Positions 8,913 through 19,634 are shown, counted from the first letter of the stretch. The stretch: DNA of 64,000 nucleotides from an uncultured Actinomycetota bacterium (GCA_963743915.1 CAVURN010000001.1:32001-96000); one strand, 5' to 3'. A program made the numbers and translations. The notes: generated by a model not told the origin, from the letters alone.

Positions 8913-9905
8913 TCACGTCAGCGTCAGTGCGCAGCCTCTGGTCTGGAGCAGCCACCAGAAGCCGCCGAGGGATCCGGCGTCGCGCAGCTCGGCGATCTCG
9001 CCGAGTCGGGACAGCTCGCGGACGTACGTCGCTGGGTCCTGGTGAGCCAGCTCGCGGGCGGGCGCTGTGCCGCTCAGCCCCAGGGCATCCAGTGCTTCGC
9101 GTTGTCGGAGCACCGTCGTGGACTCCGCTCCGGCCCGGCGACCTGCCTCGGCGCACGCATCGACTGCCACGTGTGCGGTGATGTCGCATGTGCCGTCCGG
9201 AACCGGCGGCACCTGGCGCCCGAGACGGTAGCCGGCCAGTGTTCCGCCGTTGAAGGCGCCGGACCGCCGTTCGTCGGCCTGGTGTCCGTAGTCGACGGCG
9301 AGGGCGACGCCGCCCGCGAGGCGCCGGACCACGTCGGCCCATGCCTCGTCCCGGCGGAGGCCCACCTCGCACCGGTCGCCGTCCGCGAGCCCGGGCCACC
9401 ACTCGGCGAGCCACGCGCGCTGGGCAGGAGTCGCAGGCTCGCCGAGCACCTCGTCCCCGGTCCGCGGCTCGACGAGCACCTGGCGGAGCTGCCCGCTGTC
9501 GACCTGGACGACGTCGCACGCGAGGTTGTCCAGCCACTCGTTGGCGATCACCAGCCCGGTGACCGACCGGGGCGGCTCCGCTGTCCACTCGATGGTGTTC
9601 GGGAGCGATGGTGGTCGACCCCGAAGGTCGACGGCGGTGGCGCACGAGCGTGCCCGCAGGTCGGGTGGAAGGTGATCGAGGACGCCTGCCAGAAGCCGGC
9701 CGTCGCCCGCCCCGACGTCGACGAGATCGAAGCGGGGCGGGTGACGCAGGGACTCGTCGACGCGCTGCGCCAGGACCGCGATCACCTCCGCGAAGACCCC
9801 CGAGGCGCTGGTGCTGGTGCGAAAGTGGCTCGCCGGTCGTTGGTGCCGGTAGAAGCCGTCAGGCCCATAGAGGGCCGCTTCCATGGCATCCGACCATCCG
9901 CGCAC
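8913..9905 (-). CDS. SAM-dependent methyltransferase, MidA/NDUFAF7 family
   Basis: ALYGPDGFY, HFRTS, DVGAGDG, IANEWLDNL, VDYG and DITAHV match MidA-family motifs. Confidence 0.85.
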   Translation of the reverse strand: MRGWSDAMEAALYGPDGFYRHQRPASHFRTSTSASGVFAEVIAVLAQRVDESLRHPPRFDLVDVGAGDGRLLAGVLDHLPPDLRARSCATAVDLRGRPPSLPNTIEWTAEPPRSVTGLVIANEWLDNLACDVVQVDSGQLRQVLVEPRTGDEVLGEPATPAQRAWLAEWWPGLADGDRCEVGLRRDEAWADVVRRLAGGVALAVDYGHQADERRSGAFNGGTLAGYRLGRQVPPVPDGTCDITAHVAVDACAEAGRRAGAESTTVLRQREALDALGLSGTAPARELAHQDPATYVRELSRLGEIAELRDAGSLGGFWWLLQTRGCALTLT

Positions 9906-9985
9906 ACCGCGACGCTAGCGAAGCCGCCGTGGACCGGCTCTGGTGGCCGAGCCCACTGCCGCCTCGCCGCTGCTCGTGGTGCCCG

Positions 9986-12900
9986 TCAGGGTGCGACGGT
10001 CACAGACTTGCTGAGCTGTGTCGCCCTGTTCCACCCGTCGGTGACCGTCAGCGTGACCGTGTACGTGCCACCCGCCGCATACGTCTTCGACGGGTAGGCG
10101 GTGGTCGCGGTGGTCCCGTCCCCGAAGGCCCACGAGTAGCGGAGCTGGTTTCCCTCGGGGTCGTTCGTCCCGCTGCTGTCCATCGCGCAGACCAGACCGG
10201 TGCAGTTCGCGTTGAACTGGACCGTGGGTGCCTGGTTGCCGGGCGGCTCGGTCAGCGTGACCGAGCGGGTGGTCGTGGCCGACTTGCCCCAGCCGTCGGT
10301 CGCCGTCAGCGTGATCGTGTAGGTGCCGGGCACGGCGTAGATGTGGCTGGACCCCGCACCGGTGGTGGCTGCCGTCCCGTCGCCCCAGTTCCACGAGTAG
10401 CTGATCACGTCACCGGTGTTCGGGTCGACCGTCCCCGCACTCGTCACGCCGCAGAGCAGCTCGAGGCAGTTCGTCGTGAACGTCGGACTCGGAGCCGCGT
10501 TGCCCGAGGGCTCGGCGATCGTCACCGGCAGTGTCGTGGTCGCGGTGACGCCCCACTCGTCCCGGACCGTCAGCACGACGGTGAACGTGCCGGGGGCGGT
10601 GTACCGCTTGATCGGAACGGATCCACTGGCCGATCCCTGGCCGGTGCCGAAGTTCCACGAGTACGTCAGGGTGCTCGGGTTCTCGTCCGTGGACGTGCGG
10701 GCGTCGAAGCTGCACACGTTCTCGGCGCACGAGACGGTGGCGTTCGCCACGGGAGCCGCATTCGCGGGTCGGGTGACGGTGACGCCGGTTGCCACGCGGC
10801 TTGCCCCGATCTGGTCGTTCTGGTCGGTGGCCCGGACCTCCACCCGGTAGGTCCCGTCGGGAATCACCGGGGTGGTGTACGAGTAGTTCGACCCAGGGCT
10901 CCCCGGGCTGTTGAGGAACGCTGAGCGCCAGCTCGGGCGAGGTGCTGGTGAAGGAGCCCGAAGAGCTCATGTAGCGCCCCGCCGAGTCGACCACGGCGAC
11001 CTCGACCCGGGCGATGCTGAGGTCGTCCTCGGCCCGTCCGGAGACCTGGATGCGGCCGTCGGTGAAGGACGAGCCGTCGACGGGCTGGCCGAGAGTCACC
11101 TCGAAGCCAGGTGCCGCGTCACCGGGGAAGTACAGGTAGCGACCGGTGGCACCGCTGGTCGACGGGTCCTGCTGGCCCGCGGTGTCGATGGCGCGGGCGG
11201 TCACCCGGTAGTCACCCTTGCTCGGAAGGGTCAGCGACAGCGACCAGTTGGTGCTCGTCGCATTCGGGTTCGCCAACGTGGCGTCGAGGGTGGCGGCACC
11301 TGAAGCGAGGGTGCCGTTGGGCTGGACGTACCGCCCGCTGTCGTCGTCGAAGATCGAGACCTTGACCGAGGCGACACCCTTGTCGTCGGTGGCCGTGCCG
11401 TTGAGGTCGAGCTGAGCGCTCGGCAGGGACGGCTGACCGGTGCCCGGAAGGGTGATCAACCCGTTGGGGTAGGCGTCGCCCGGAACCTGGGCGTTGACCG
11501 TGAGCGATCCGCGGCTCGATCCCGATGTCGTCAGGCCGACCTCGTCGGTGGCCTGGACGGTGAACGAGTACCGGCCGGGGCTGAGGTTGAACGGCGTCGT
11601 GTACGACCAGTTGTAGCTCGTTCCGGACAGTCCTGGTGGTGAGATGCGGTGGTATCCGGCAATGACGTCGGTGCCCCACGTCCCGTCGGCACCGAGGTTC
11701 TGGCCGGTGCTGGTGTTCCGCAGGGTGATCTCGACGTTCCGGAGCCCATCGCTGTCGAACGCGGTGCCCGAGAAGGTCATGGGCGATCCCGGTGCCACGT
11801 CCACGGTCGGCGTCGACGCGGGTGGCGTCATGACGGTCGGCTGCTGGATGGTGACGACCGGCGGCACCGTGCTCGAGCTGATGAGGAAGTCCCGGACGGC
11901 ACTGCGCAGGTCGGACTGTCCGGCCGTGTCGATCGCGGTCGCACTGGCGCGCCACTCACCCTCTGAGGGCAGGGAGACCTCGTACGACCAGGTGGCGCTG
12001 GTGGCACCCACGACGTCGGGCAGACCTCGGAAGGTGTTGAAGATCGGTGCGACCGAACCGTCGTCCTGCAGGTACTCGCCGTTGCTGCGGAACCAGTAGG
12101 TGAGCGCGCTGACCCCGTGGTCGTCGTTGGCCGTGCCCGTCATGGTGAAGGTGGTCGACGACTGGAGGCTGCCCGGACCGCTGATGTTGGTGGTGGGGGT
12201 CTGGTCGTCGAAGCTGAACGTCTCCATCGTCTTCAGCGCCTTGGACGGGTCGGACCCGCCACCGACGGCGAAGGCCTTGGCCCTGATCAGCAGCGGACGA
12301 CTGCCGGTCAGGTTCAGCCCGAGGGACCAGGGGCGGACGCCGTTGGCGGCGGTGCCCAGCGTGGTGAGAATGGTGTTGCTGCTGCCCCAGGTGGTCAAGT
12401 TGTCCTGCAGCCAGCGGCCTGAGCTCTTGTCCCGGATCTCGACCTGCACGCGAGAGACGCCGTTCGGTGCCTTCGCGGTCCCCTGGATCGAGAAGGGAGT
12501 CCCGGCCGGGACGACGCGCCCCTCGATGGGGGTGTCGATCGTGGTGTCGATGGCGGTGGCCGCCGGTGCGGTGTTGAAGTCGTAGAACGCGACGCGCCCC
12601 GTGGTGACGCCGCCCTGCTTGCCACCATCGGCGCCGACGAAGAGTCCGCGCGGAGTGGTCTCCATGGCCTTCGCACCCTCGAACGAGTTCGACCCCGGGT
12701 TCCACTCGAGCGCGGTGCCCGTCGCAGGGTCGAGGGCGCCGAGGTGGTCGCGACGGACCACCTGGTCGCCGAGGCCGTAGCCGGAGAGCCCCTGGCCCGT
12801 TCCGTAGCCCACGTTGTCGAGGCCCGGCCAGGGGACGTTCGCCGTCGGCGACTCGTTCCAGGAGAAGTGTCCACCGATGTAGATGGCCGCCTCGGTGATG

Positions 12901-13934
12901 GCCACCGAGTAGATGCTGTCGAAGGCGCGCGACACCCAGATCGGTTCGACGAAGTCGCCGCCGTTGACCGGGAAGGCGATCGCCGTGTCGTTGATCGGGG
13001 GGCGGTCTCCACCCGAACCGCTGGTCACGACGAAGTACTCGTCGTTCGGTGCGATGTCCGCGCCGTAGATGCGCTGGATGCCGCCGACCTCGGGCAGGTA
13101 CTGGTCCCAGATCCGGCTGCGCCACGGGAGCAGCTGCTTGGTCGAGGTGCTGATGAAGGCGACGCCGAGGCGGTCCTGTCCGTTGATCTGTCGGCCGGTG
13201 TGGACGACCATCAGCTTCGCATCGTCGTGCGTGAGTTCCAGCTGCTGGACGGTGAGTGCGCCGCCGACTCCGATGCCACCGGACAGGTTGTTGGTGAAGC
13301 CGGTGTCGACGACTCCGGTGGCGGCGTTCACCGCCGCCAGCCCACTGCGGTCGACGCCGTTGATCTTGGTGAAGCGACCACCGACGTAGAGCGTCGAGTT
13401 CGTGGCCGCCAGGGCCGTGGCGGCGTTGTTGGTGTTGGCGGTGAAGCCGAACCCGGCCACAGGTGCACCGGTCGTGAGGTTGAGGCTGGCGACCTTGCGC
13501 CGGGTGGTGCCGCCGACGGTGTTGAAGGTTCCCGCGACGAAGAGCTTGGTGCCGTCCGGTGATGCCTCGACCGCGCTGACGCCACCGTCGAACGTGGGAC
13601 GGAAGGTGGAGTCGAAGGCACCCGTCACGTAGTTGTACGACGCCAGGGAACGCTGGTTGACGACCGTCCCATTGGCGGTGAGCGAGGTGAAGGAGCCGGC
13701 GATGAACACCCGGTTGCCGACGACCTCCATGTCCCAGATCTCACCGTTGTTGATGCGCGGCAGATTGTTGCGCGGCACAGCTGGCACCAGCGTGGCGTGG
13801 TTCGGCTTCGGTTGCGCGGCCAGCGCCGACGAACCATGGAGCACGGCTGCCGCCGTACCCAGTCCCACAGGCACGGCGAGCGAGGTGGCCAGGGCGGCGA
13901 CGATCAGGGGAACAGCGCGACGACGGACCTGCAT
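9986..13934 (-). CDS. Large secreted protein: beta-propeller + Ig-like repeats + 3 PKD domains (one +1 frameshift near 10936, probably sequencing error)
   Basis: Signal peptide MQVRRRAVPLIVAAL; repeats VFIAGSFT/LFVAGTFN/LYVGGRFT; GTAxDDxGV Ig repeats; YSWxFGDG PKD motifs; removing one base restores SPSWRSAFLNSPG and joins both ORFs (about 1315 aa). Confidence 0.82.
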
Positions 13935-14156
13935 GTGACGCCTTTCGGAGATGGCCACGCCACAGGAGGGCTCCCCCCTGGCCGGTTGTGCACGTGCAGT
14001 GTCGCAAATGGTGACGGGCAACGTCATGCGACATCCCCGAAGTCGCCCTGCTCGACTACCGAGGGTCATCACCGTGTGCCATCCGGGTGACGGCGCTGCT
14101 GAGAGGTTTGGGGTGAAGGCCCGAAATGCGGTGAAGGCTGCCGGTGAGGGACCGAC

Positions 14157-14162
14157 TAGGCT
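14157..14162 (+). promoter_or_regulatory. Probable -10 element (TAGGCT) of the pantothenate operon
   Basis: TANNNT hexamer about 45 nt upstream of GTG 14207. Confidence 0.5.
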
Positions 14163-14173
14163 GAACCGACCCT

Positions 14174-14201
14174 CGTCCGGTACCCCGCAAGGACTGGAAC
14201 G
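14174..14201 (+). promoter_or_regulatory. 5'-leader hairpin of the pan operon (candidate cis-regulatory RNA)
   Basis: CGTCCGGT-ACC-CC GCAA GG-ACTGGAACG: GNRA-capped stem with bulges, ending 5 nt before the start codon. Confidence 0.5.
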
Positions 14202-14206
14202 CCTTC

Positions 14207-15121
14207 GTGACCTCCGCACCCTCACCTGACGTCCCGGCTCGACCGGGACGGCTGACCGTCGGCGTGATCAGCGCCGGCAGGGTGGGCGCGGTCCTCGGTG
14301 CCGCACTGGCCAGGGTCGGGCACCGCGTGGTGGCCGTCGCCGCAGTCTCCGACGCCTCGCGTTCGCGTGCCGAGGCGCTGCTGCCCGAGGCGGTGGTCGT
14401 CCCACCGCCTGAGGTCTGCGCAGGGGCCGAGCTTGTCGTGCTGGCCGTGCCGGACGACCAGCTGCCGGGACTGGTCGAAGGGCTCGCAGCGGTGGAGGCG
14501 TGGCGGCCCGGGCAGATCGTGGTGCACACCAGCGGCCGTTTCGGCATCGGCGTCCTCGGGCCCGCCCAGCGCGCGGGTGCTGTGCCCCTGGCCCTGCACC
14601 CGGTGATGACCTTCACCGGCACCTCCCTTGACGTCGACCGGCTGGTGGGCGCGACGTTCGGGGTGACCGCCCCGGCCGGGTTCCTCCCCATCGCCGATGC
14701 CCTTGTCATGGAGATGGAGGCCGAGCCGGTGCACGTCGACGAAGGCGCGCGGCTGCTGTACCACGCAGCGCTGGCGCACGCGTCGAACCATCTGGTGACG
14801 CTGATCGCCTCCAGTGCTGAGCTGCTCAGGGCTGCCGGCATCGACGACCCGCGACCGGTGCTCGAGCCCCTCACCGGTGCTGCTCTGGACAACGCCCTCC
14901 GGCTGGGTGACCACGCCTTGACCGGCCCGGTGGTGCGTGGCGACGCGGAGACGGTCGCTCGCCACATCGACGAGATCGGCAACGTGTCGCCACAGACCGC
15001 CGACCTGTACGTCGCCATGGCCAGGGTCACGGCGCGACGCGCGGTCGACGCCGGTGTGCTGCGTCCGGCAGACGGGGACGCGGTGCTCGAGGCCATCGAA
15101 TCCACTCAGGGGGAGCGATGA
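14207..15121 (+). CDS. Rossmann-like + DUF2520 protein (PanG-like ketopantoate reductase candidate)
   Basis: VGVISAGRVG, LAVPDD, HTSG, LHPVMTF, YHAAL..ASN and LTGPVVRGD; coupled to panC. Confidence 0.85.
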   Translation: MTSAPSPDVPARPGRLTVGVISAGRVGAVLGAALARVGHRVVAVAAVSDASRSRAEALLPEAVVVPPPEVCAGAELVVLAVPDDQLPGLVEGLAAVEAWRPGQIVVHTSGRFGIGVLGPAQRAGAVPLALHPVMTFTGTSLDVDRLVGATFGVTAPAGFLPIADALVMEMEAEPVHVDEGARLLYHAALAHASNHLVTLIASSAELLRAAGIDDPRPVLEPLTGAALDNALRLGDHALTGPVVRGDAETVARHIDEIGNVSPQTADLYVAMARVTARRAVDAGVLRPADGDAVLEAIESTQGER

Positions 15122-15972
15122 CCGACGTCGCGCGCACCCGGGCCGAGCTGGCCGCCGCGCGTGCCCAGTGGACGGCGCAGGGCGCGTCCGTGGCGGTCGT
15201 GATGACCATGGGTGCGCTGCACGGCGGTCACGCGGAGCTGATCCGTCGGGCTCGCGCCCGCGACGATCGCGTCATCGTCACCGATTTCCTCAACCCTCTG
15301 CAGTTCGCTCCCGGCGAGGACCTCGACAAGTACCCGCGCACCTTCGCTGCCGACTTCGCGCTCAGCTCCGCCGAGGGGGTCGACCTGCTGTTCGCCCCCG
15401 GTCCGTCGGAGGTGTACCCGGAGGGCGACCCGCTCGTGCGCGTCGGTGCAGGATCGGTGGGCGACATCCTCGAAGGTCAGTCCCGTCCGGGCCATTTCGA
15501 CGGAGTGCTGACCGTCGTCGGCAAGCTGCTGCACCTGACCGCGCCGCACCGCGCGTACTTCGGCCAGAAGGACGCGCAGCAGCTCTGGCTGATCGCACGC
15601 ATGGTGCGAGACCTCGACTTCGACGTCGAGATCGTCGAGGTGCCGACCGTGCGCGACGCGGACGGCCTTGCCCTGTCCAGTCGCAACATCTACCTCTCCG
15701 ACGCCGACCGTCGCTCGGCGCTGACGCTGCACGCTGCTCTTGAGGCTGGCGAGAAGGCGGCCGGCTCAGGACGCGAGGCAGTCCTCAGCGCGGCGCGGGG
15801 TGTCCTGGCCGATGGCTCCATTCGCGCCGACTACGTCGAGCTCGTGGATCCGTCCACCTTCGGGTCGCTGGGCGCGCAGGGAGGCGCAGCGATTCTGGTG
15901 CTGGCTGCCCACGTGGGTTCGACGCGCCTGATCGACAACGTCCGGATGACCGTCGCACCGAGCGAAGGGTGA
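15118..15972 (+). CDS. panC: Pantoate-beta-alanine ligase
   Basis: TMGALHGGH, FLNPLQF, RPGHFDGV, FGQKDAQQ, GLALSSRN and RLIDN. Confidence 0.97.
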   Translation: MTDVARTRAELAAARAQWTAQGASVAVVMTMGALHGGHAELIRRARARDDRVIVTDFLNPLQFAPGEDLDKYPRTFAADFALSSAEGVDLLFAPGPSEVYPEGDPLVRVGAGSVGDILEGQSRPGHFDGVLTVVGKLLHLTAPHRAYFGQKDAQQLWLIARMVRDLDFDVEIVEVPTVRDADGLALSSRNIYLSDADRRSALTLHAALEAGEKAAGSGREAVLSAARGVLADGSIRADYVELVDPSTFGSLGAQGGAAILVLAAHVGSTRLIDNVRMTVAPSEG

Positions 15973-15979
15973 CCACCTG

Positions 15980-16756
15980 ATGCTGCTGACCATCGATATC
16001 GGCAACACCCAGACGGTGCTTGGGCTATTCGAAGGGGACGAGCTCGACCACACGTGGCGCATCGCCACCTACGACACGCGAACCGCCGACGAGCTGGCCG
16101 TGCTCATCACCTCGTTGCTGGCGCAGCATGAAGGTGGCGTGAAGGTGACCGGCATCGCGTTGTGCTCGACGGTGCCGGCCGCTCTACACGAGATGCGGCA
16201 GATGTGCACCCGGTTCTACGGGGACCTTCCGGTCGTCGTCGTCGAGCCAGGAGTCCGCACCGGAGTCCCCATCCTGACCGACAACCCGAAGGAGGTCGGC
16301 AGCGACCGGATCGTCAACGCGCTGGCAGCGGCGACGCACTTCGGTGGTCCGGCGATCGTCGTCGACTTCGGAACAGCAACGACGTTCGACGCCGTGAGTG
16401 CCAAGGGTGAGTACCTCGGTGGGGCCATCGCCCCAGGGATCGAGATCTCGGTCGAGGCGCTGGGAGCGCGGGGTGCGCAGCTGCGCAAGGTCGAGTTGGC
16501 CAGACCCCGGTCCGTCGTCGGACGCAACACGGTCGAGGCGTTGCAGTCGGGCATCCTCTACGGCTTCGCCGGCCAGGTCGACGGGATCGTGCACCGCATG
16601 GCGTCGGAGCTGTCGGACGACCCGGCCTCGGTCACGGTGATCGCCACGGGCGGGCTGGCCCCGATGGTGATCAACGAGACCGAAGCAGTCGATCAGCACG
16701 ACCCATGGTTGACCCTTCGCGGTCTGAAGCTGGTCTTCGAGCGCAACGCAGACTGA
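15980..16756 (+). CDS. coaX: Type III pantothenate kinase
   Basis: IDIGNT, VGSDR, VDFGTATT, GGAIAPG and IATGG. Confidence 0.96.
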   Translation: MLLTIDIGNTQTVLGLFEGDELDHTWRIATYDTRTADELAVLITSLLAQHEGGVKVTGIALCSTVPAALHEMRQMCTRFYGDLPVVVVEPGVRTGVPILTDNPKEVGSDRIVNALAAATHFGGPAIVVDFGTATTFDAVSAKGEYLGGAIAPGIEISVEALGARGAQLRKVELARPRSVVGRNTVEALQSGILYGFAGQVDGIVHRMASELSDDPASVTVIATGGLAPMVINETEAVDQHDPWLTLRGLKLVFERNAD

Positions 16757-16766
16757 TCGTTTCTCG

Positions 16767-17504
16767 CTACGCCAACCTTCCGCGTACGAAGGACGTGATG
16801 TAGGGCAGCTCGAGGTGCGTGAGCTGCTCCGGCGGCAGCTGGTCCCGGATGGCGGCCTCGGCTGCAGCCAGGAGCTCCGTCCGCCGCTCGTTCAGGAAGA
16901 CGTGGGACCACGACTCCACGACCCCGAGCAGGTGCGCCAGGTCCATCGACTGCGGGTTCGGGAACTCTCGAGACACAACGTCTGTGAACCGCGGCGCCAG
17001 ATCCGGGTCGGGCTCGCCGTGGGTCAGCGACCAGCGTGCCTCGCCACCCGTCACCCGGGTGAGTGCGTCCACCCAGGGAACCCGGTCGTCGAGCACATTC
17101 CAGAGCAGGCCGAGTGCCCCGTCCGGCACCAGCACGCGGGCCATCTCGTCCAGCGCTGCAGGTGCATCGAACCAGTGGAAGGCCTGACCGACGATGACGG
17201 CGTCCACGCTTGCGTCGGGGAGGGGGATCTGCTCGGCGCTGCCGACGTGCACCTCGACCTCCGCCTGGTGACGCAGGACAGCGATCATCTGCTCGTCCGG
17301 CTCGACGGCAACCACGTCGTGTCCGAGCTCGACCAGGCTGCGCGTGAGGCGTCCGGTGCCGGCCGCGAGGTCGAGCACCCGCAGCGGATCGCGGCCCAGG
17401 ACCCACTCGATGCCTTCGGCCGGGTATCCGGGTCGAAAGCGGTCGTAGTCGCGGGCGATGCTGCCGAACGATTGTCGACGCTCGTCGTAGGACGGTTCTG
17501 CCAT
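16767..17504 (-). CDS. Class I SAM-dependent methyltransferase
   Basis: SFGSIARDYDRFRPGYP, VLDLAAGTG and GQAFHWFD; ATG 6 nt after CACGAT. Confidence 0.9.
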   Translation of the reverse strand: MAEPSYDERRQSFGSIARDYDRFRPGYPAEGIEWVLGRDPLRVLDLAAGTGRLTRSLVELGHDVVAVEPDEQMIAVLRHQAEVEVHVGSAEQIPLPDASVDAVIVGQAFHWFDAPAALDEMARVLVPDGALGLLWNVLDDRVPWVDALTRVTGGEARWSLTHGEPDPDLAPRFTDVVSREFPNPQSMDLAHLLGVVESWSHVFLNERRTELLAAAEAAIRDQLPPEQLTHLELPYITSFVRGRLA

Positions 17505-17552
17505 CGAGCCATCGTGCCTTGCGCCTGGCTGCCGTCGGTAGCCTTGCCTGCC

Positions 17553-19061
17553 ATGACGAGTGAACCGCCGGCTGACGCGTCCTACTCCGAGCAGGAGCGG
17601 ATCCGACGGGGCAAGCTCGCCCGGATGCGTGCGGAGGGCCGTGACCCCTTCGCATTCGGCTACCCGCGGACCTCCGACGTCGCGACGCTGCGTGCGGACT
17701 ACCCGGACCTCGCACCGGACACCAGCACCGGCGACACCGTGGGAGTCACCGGACGCGTCGTGCTGAACCGGGTCAGCGGGAAGATCATCTTTGCCACGCT
17801 TCGCGAGGCCGGTGGAGACCTGCAGATCATGCTCACTCTCGACGGGAGTGGTGCCGACCTCCTCGAACGGTGGAAGGACGACGTCGACCTCGGTGACCAT
17901 GTCGGCGTGACCGGCGAGGTCATCACGTCCAGACGTGGTGAGCTCAGCGTGCTGGCGTCCGACTTCGCGATCACCAGCAAGTGCCTCCATCCGCTCCCGG
18001 AGAAGCACGCCGGGCTGTCCGACCCCGAGGCCCGGGTGCGTCAGCGCTACGTCGACCTGATCGTGCGACAGGAGGCGCGCGACATGGTCTACCTGCGGTC
18101 GGCGCTGGTTCGGTCGCTGCGGTCCACGCTGCACGAAGCCGGGTTCATCGAGGTCGAGACGCCGATGCTCCAGGTGATGCATGGTGGCGCCAACGCCCGG
18201 CCGTTCGTGACCCACATCAACGCCTATGACATGCCGCTGTACCTGCGGATCGCACCCGAGCTGTACCTGAAGCGGCTGCTGGTCGGGGGCGTCGAGAAGG
18301 TCTTCGAGATCAACCGCAACTTCCGCAACGAGGGCGCGGACTCCACCCACAACCCCGAGTTCACGATGCTCGAGATGTACGAGGCGTACGGCGACTACGA
18401 CACCATGCGGGTGCTCACGCAACGGCTCGTCCAGAACGCAGCCATCGACGTCTTCGGCGAGCCGGTGGCGCGTCGTGTCCAGTCGGACGGTTCGGTGCAG
18501 GAGGTCGACCTGTCGGGTGACTGGCCGGTCAGGACGATGATCGGGGCGCTGTCTGAGGCGCTCGGCGACGAGGTCGGGCTCGACACACCGGTCGAGAAGC
18601 TGCGCGCCTACTGCGCGCAGTTCGAGATCGAGGAACCGGCGGACGCCTCGGTGGGAATGCTGCTCGAGGAGCTTTACGTGGAACTTGTCGAGAGCAGGAC
18701 GACCGCACCGGTGTTCTACAAGGACTTCCCGAAGGAGAACGCTCCCCTCACCCGCGTCCACCGCGACGACCCCCGGTTGACCGAGAAGTGGGACCTCGTG
18801 GGTTGGGGTGCGGAGATGGGCACGGGATACTCCGAGCTGATCGATCCGCTCGACCAGCGGGAACGGTTCGTGCAGCAGGCGACACGTGCCGCGCGCGGGG
18901 ATGCCGAGGCCATGCGTCTCGACGAGGACTTCCTCCGGGCGCTGGAGCACGGGATGCCCCCTGCGGGCGGGCAGGGAATGGGCATCGACCGACTGGTGAT
19001 GACGCTCACCGGTCTCGGCGTCCGGGACACGATTTTGTTCCCGCTGGTGAAGCCCGAGTGA
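17553..19061 (+). CDS. lysS: Lysine-tRNA ligase (class II)
   Basis: OB-fold N-terminus, [37 protein letters not shown] and GMGIDRL. Confidence 0.97.
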   Translation: MTSEPPADASYSEQERIRRGKLARMRAEGRDPFAFGYPRTSDVATLRADYPDLAPDTSTGDTVGVTGRVVLNRVSGKIIFATLREAGGDLQIMLTLDGSGADLLERWKDDVDLGDHVGVTGEVITSRRGELSVLASDFAITSKCLHPLPEKHAGLSDPEARVRQRYVDLIVRQEARDMVYLRSALVRSLRSTLHEAGFIEVETPMLQVMHGGANARPFVTHINAYDMPLYLRIAPELYLKRLLVGGVEKVFEINRNFRNEGADSTHNPEFTMLEMYEAYGDYDTMRVLTQRLVQNAAIDVFGEPVARRVQSDGSVQEVDLSGDWPVRTMIGALSEALGDEVGLDTPVEKLRAYCAQFEIEEPADASVGMLLEELYVELVESRTTAPVFYKDFPKENAPLTRVHRDDPRLTEKWDLVGWGAEMGTGYSELIDPLDQRERFVQQATRAARGDAEAMRLDEDFLRALEHGMPPAGGQGMGIDRLVMTLTGLGVRDTILFPLVKPE

Positions 19062-19558
19062 CGACCGTCGACATCCGTGAGGCGCGCACGTCCGACGTCC
19101 GCGCCATCCGTACGTTGATGGACGCCTACGCAGCCCACCGCATCCTGCTCTCGAAGGCGACGGTCACCCTCTTCGAGGACGTCCAGGAGTTCTACGTCGC
19201 CGAGGCTGACGGCGTCGTCGTCGGTTGCGGCGCGCTCCACGTCCTGTGGGAGGACCTCGCAGAGGTGCGGACGCTCGCGGTCGACGAGCAGCACCGGGGC
19301 CGTGGTATCGGCGACCTGCTGCTCCGCCGGCTGCTCCAGCAGGCACGTCACCTGGGCGTCGCGCGGGTCTTCTGCCTGACCTTCGAGGTGGACTTCTTCT
19401 CTCGGCACGGCTTCACCGAGATCGAGGGCGCACCGGTGTCCCACGACGTCTACGAACAGCTGCTCGAGTCGTACGACGAGGGTGTCGCGGAGTTCCTGGG
19501 ACTCGAACGGGTGAAGCCCAACACCCTGGGCAACGCCCGGATGCTCCTCGTCCTGTGA
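19058..19558 (+). CDS. argA: Short GNAT amino-acid N-acetyltransferase (N-acetylglutamate synthase)
   Basis: GCGALHVLWEDLAEVRTLAV, VFCLTFEVDFF and PNTLGNxRM (actinobacterial short ArgA). Confidence 0.85.
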   Translation: MTTVDIREARTSDVRAIRTLMDAYAAHRILLSKATVTLFEDVQEFYVAEADGVVVGCGALHVLWEDLAEVRTLAVDEQHRGRGIGDLLLRRLLQQARHLGVARVFCLTFEVDFFSRHGFTEIEGAPVSHDVYEQLLESYDEGVAEFLGLERVKPNTLGNARMLLVL

Positions 19559-19634
19559 CCGCGACCGCGGGATGGGTGCGGCGAGCCCTTCGATCAACGA
19601 AGGCGGTGTCACAGGGCACCCCAAGGGGGGAGGG

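Noticed and set aside
9986-10780. Nucleotide repeats (e.g. CCACGAGTAG..) as a CRISPR or tandem array
   Set aside because: They are coding repeats of PKD domains; there is no constant repeat-spacer structure and no cas genes
13986-14003. Second Rex operator (TTGTGCAC...)
   Set aside because: Only the left half-site is present; there is no TTCACAA arm
13935-14156. c-di-GMP or c-di-AMP riboswitch before the secreted protein
   Set aside because: The signature sequences of these riboswitches are not visible
16767-18950. Apparent 727-aa ORF fusing an antisense-lysS region to a methyltransferase
   Set aside because: Only 16767-17504 has methyltransferase motifs and its own start signal; the rest is the lysS shadow
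19574-19622. Small hairpin between argA and the GNAT gene as an ncRNA
   Set aside because: A short stem between convergent genes; adequately explained as a terminator-like structure
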